Below, in pieces: positions 36,808-39,524 of a DNA stretch of 39,524 bases. Position numbers and translations under genes: made by a program. This DNA comes from Piedraia hortae CBS 480.64 (Eukaryota), in assembly GCA_010093745.1 (NCBI GenBank), contig MU005974.1, forward strand, positions 251,227-290,750. Reading direction: 5' to 3'. The notes under the pieces were generated by a model that was not told the DNA's origin, made no database searches, and saw nothing but the letters and a program-made list of their open reading frames with translations. Position 1 is the stretch's first letter, and every line of letters begins with the position of its first letter.

Positions 36808-36985
36808 CTTCTTATAGACGGCAAGACGGGCAGTGTTGGGCGCTTCATCAATCATTCCGGTGAGCCCAACTGCGACACCTCGGCATGGCAATACGACGCC
36901 GAATATTTCTGCCTGATAGGATTTGCACAAAGCAAAGCATCGGCCGGTTTGAAAACCATTCATGCAAGCCCAACTGTGACTTCTT
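36808..36985 (+). pseudogene. SET-domain (histone lysine methyltransferase) remnant with the catalytic motif present twice
   Basis: LIDGKTGSVGRFINHSGEPNCDTSAWQYD and, 104 nt later in another frame, SIGRFENHSCKPNCD. Both match the SET signature RF(I/V)NHSC.PNC. Confidence 0.7.
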
Positions 36986-38263
36986 TGGTCCAGCAGAAGG
37001 CTTTCCAGCACATTTGCAACAATGGTCACCAGAACTTCCCCCTGTTTGCTTGATGTGCTCCGGTTTCGCTGCGATGCAAAACGTTGAAACCGTTAAGCAA
37101 GGAAGAGAAGTCCACGAACAGGCTGGTTGAGTGGGATATAGAGATGGTTGCGTGCTTGGCTGCTCGACTGGGTCGTTCAAACACTTCGACAAAGAGCTAG
37201 TGCATAAAGAGGGCACTAGATCTTAAATGTCGATTCAAACATTTGTTCCAAAGGCGTCATTCCTCCCGTCTATCAAGTCCATAGTATTAGTCTGTTTTTG
37301 CAATGTTTCCCCTAAAACCATGCAAAAAGTGACGCCGCAAACAAGGCCTTGCCTCGATCAATCTACCATGCACTGCGAACACAAATATCTCACCTGTTGA
37401 TGCTAGGCCATCGGGCTCCTTTTCTAGCCCCTCGCCAGCAGTTAAGAGAACTGCCGCAGTGCGCTAAAATGGCACGCCGCCGGGCGCCGGCCATCAACCA
37501 CTCCGCACTGCAACCACACCGGTCTCCTTCTCTATACACAAATGGCTACGATACGTCTAACTAACCGAGTACCCAACCTAGATTTAGCAACGCTTAGCTC
37601 TTCGCTGCCTAATCCAGAGGCATTTGAGCGCGCCATGACGCTGAGCCGCTCTGATGCGCTTGGCCATGTCGGGACAGAAGAAGGAAACGCCTTCTGCACT
37701 ACAGCTGCCGTCTCCTGATTTAACAGTAGGCTGAATGTTCATAGCGTGCCACGTTGCCACGGACCTTGAAAGCGCCGAACGGCAGCTTTCGAGTCCGACA
37801 ACCTATGCACATCTACGCTGGGGCGTACAAATGGAAGTCCAGTGAGGCTTTTAGGTGCGATGAGAGCTGGGATCTGGCGCTTAATCGCGGAGGAATCCTG
37901 GCCATGCAACAGCAAGCTACACTGAAGGGCTTGCTAGAAGCGTGATCGGCCCGCAAGGCGCTACAAGGTTCGACGAGGGTTTATGAGCAAGTTGTCTCAT
38001 CCATGAGGAGGGCATGAGTTTCATGTGTACAGTGCATTTGGTACGGTCTATGAGGAAGATTCATGGTTTTGGTGCAAAGATCGTTGACGGATGGTATAAT
38101 GAAGACAGTATACAGAAGCGTCGATGTAAAGGGAACGACAAGGACGAGGAAACATGGGCTCTGCAAATGATACGGTAAGATCGGGGTCAGAGCCAAGAAA
38201 TGGGATATGTGGCATGAATTGGCCGTTCGACCCGCACAAATGCTGCTAGCACGGTGAGCCCTG

Positions 38264-38558
38264 TGTCAAATGAGTTAGATCGGTGAATTTAGAACGCCTG
38301 AGGCTTTGCAGGGTTTTCTGCCTGATAGAGGAGTTTTCCCTTGTGACGAGATCATGCCATCGCGTGGTCTCAGCAAATGCAGTCTGGTCAGCTGTGGGTC
38401 TGTAGAAGACGTTGCGTTAGCTCTTAGCACGAAGAGACGTACACAGTTACACACACCTTTGGACCCAGACTTCGCGTCCTAGCTGCGTATTTCAACGCGA
38501 ATGGCTTACCAGACTGAATCTGCCGATAGCGGAGGAGTTTAGAGATACCATCCCATCA
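38264..38558 (+). mobile_element. Highly diverged LTR-like remnant (boundaries tentative)
   Basis: Contains the shared core CAGGGTTTTCTGCCTGATAGAGGAGTTTTCCCTTG at ~38309-38343. The TG/CA ends are guessed and there is no TSD. Confidence 0.4.
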
Positions 38559-38671
38559 GCAAGCTGCACGAATTGCAGTCAGAGTGCGTAAACCAGTCAA
38601 TTAGTCAAACTTGGGTCTTTGAAGAAGCGAAAGTGCAAAATCATCATTGAGTAAGGTTTCATTTAGCCTGG

Positions 38672-38975
38672 TGTCGGAGGGGTAAGCCTCCGAGGACTAA
38701 AGCAGAACGAATATTAACGACAAATTTGTGCACGCAACATTGACCGAAAGGTTAGTGTAGATGTCCATCCCTCTGTGAGGTGAGGTTCGAAACCTTCTTC
38801 ACACAACCTCAGTCTAACTGCATTCGCCAGGGCAACGTCAGTGAACCATGCCCTTATGCACGAACGAGGCAATGACCTGTCTCAGGAAAAACTTCCTCTA
38901 CAGAGGTAAAAACCCTAAGAAGTTTTGACTTCTATCTAACTTTCTGATCATGGTGGGTGCCACATCCTTCTGACA
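38672..38975 (-). mobile_element. Solo LTR, family A copy 4
   Basis: TGTCGGAGGGG...CCTTCTGACA; flanks CCTGG/CCTGA (4/5 TSD match). Confidence 0.9.
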
Positions 38976-39311
38976 CCTGACAACCTCTGAGTAATGTATT
39001 AAGCTGTTCTCGATGTCTCTTAACCCAACTTCGTTATTGTAACGGAGAAGGTCAATTTTGTTCAGAACCCTGTGACGTAATGCCAAGACAGCGGAGATTT
39101 TGTCTTACGTTTTACCGATTCTGTCCTCACCATCTCTTTCTTTTTCACACACATACATATTCTCCTCCATATTCTTCATACCTCGTTAGACTCTTGTGCC
39201 AGATCAATCCGCTATATCCAGGCTCGACTATACTCTGCCCTGAAGTCATCACCCAAGGTTCGCGAGTCCAATTTTTTGAGAAATTGACACTGCATCATTG
39301 ATACTGCATCA

Positions 39312-39524
39312 ATGTGCTCGAGTCCAGGTAAGCTCATCCAAACCGAAGGAATGAGGTAATGCTAACTTTCTTTGAAACAGCACTCCCTCGAGCGACAAAG
39401 CAGTGCGCTCCGTCGCGGGAAATCTACTTTGAAGGGACGGTGCAACTTATTCTGGGCACTCTATTCGTCTTCGTCTGCAAGACAGATCAGGTACTTGAGG
39501 CTTAAGACGCTTCGTTCATGGTGA
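39312..39524 (+). other. Possible start of a spliced gene or gene remnant at the window edge
   Basis: ATG at 39312 and a canonical intron GTAAGC...GCTAAC...CAG (39328-39380) giving a short open frame. No recognisable product. Confidence 0.25.

Noticed and set aside
38400..38510. Minus-strand intron-like signals
   Set aside because: They fall within a probable diverged LTR remnant and give no convincing spliced ORF.
38735..38805. Genuine tRNA gene
   Set aside because: Only a T-arm/B-box-like motif and a weak A-box are present. No acceptor or anticodon stem could be built, and it lies inside a TSD-flanked repeat.
1..39524. CRISPR array, rRNA, telomeric repeats
   Set aside because: No regularly spaced short repeats, rRNA signatures or TTAGGG arrays were seen; the DNA is eukaryotic.

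Overview
Fungal (filamentous ascomycete-like) genomic DNA in two parts. Positions 1-7.4 kb are a compact gene block: eIF2D/Tma64, a T5orf172/MUG113-type nuclease-domain gene, the CAAX protease RCE1, and a Ser-rich protein with a C-terminal membrane anchor and a 44-nt terminal intron. Positions 8-39.5 kb are a gene-poor accessory region with only three credible intact ORFs and many decayed repeats. These repeats include about ten TG...CA solo-LTR-like elements from at least three related subfamilies, several with intact 5-bp target-site duplications (TSDs) and one nested inside another. The subfamilies differ over most of their length but share a conserved hairpin/palindrome core. The region also holds a degenerate ~1.8-kb giant inverted repeat with a solo LTR at its centre, a three-copy decayed Cys-motif gene family, and a doubled SET-domain remnant. 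No rRNA, bona fide tRNA, CRISPR array or intact transposase/pol ORF was recognised. All alignments were made by eye; no searches were run.
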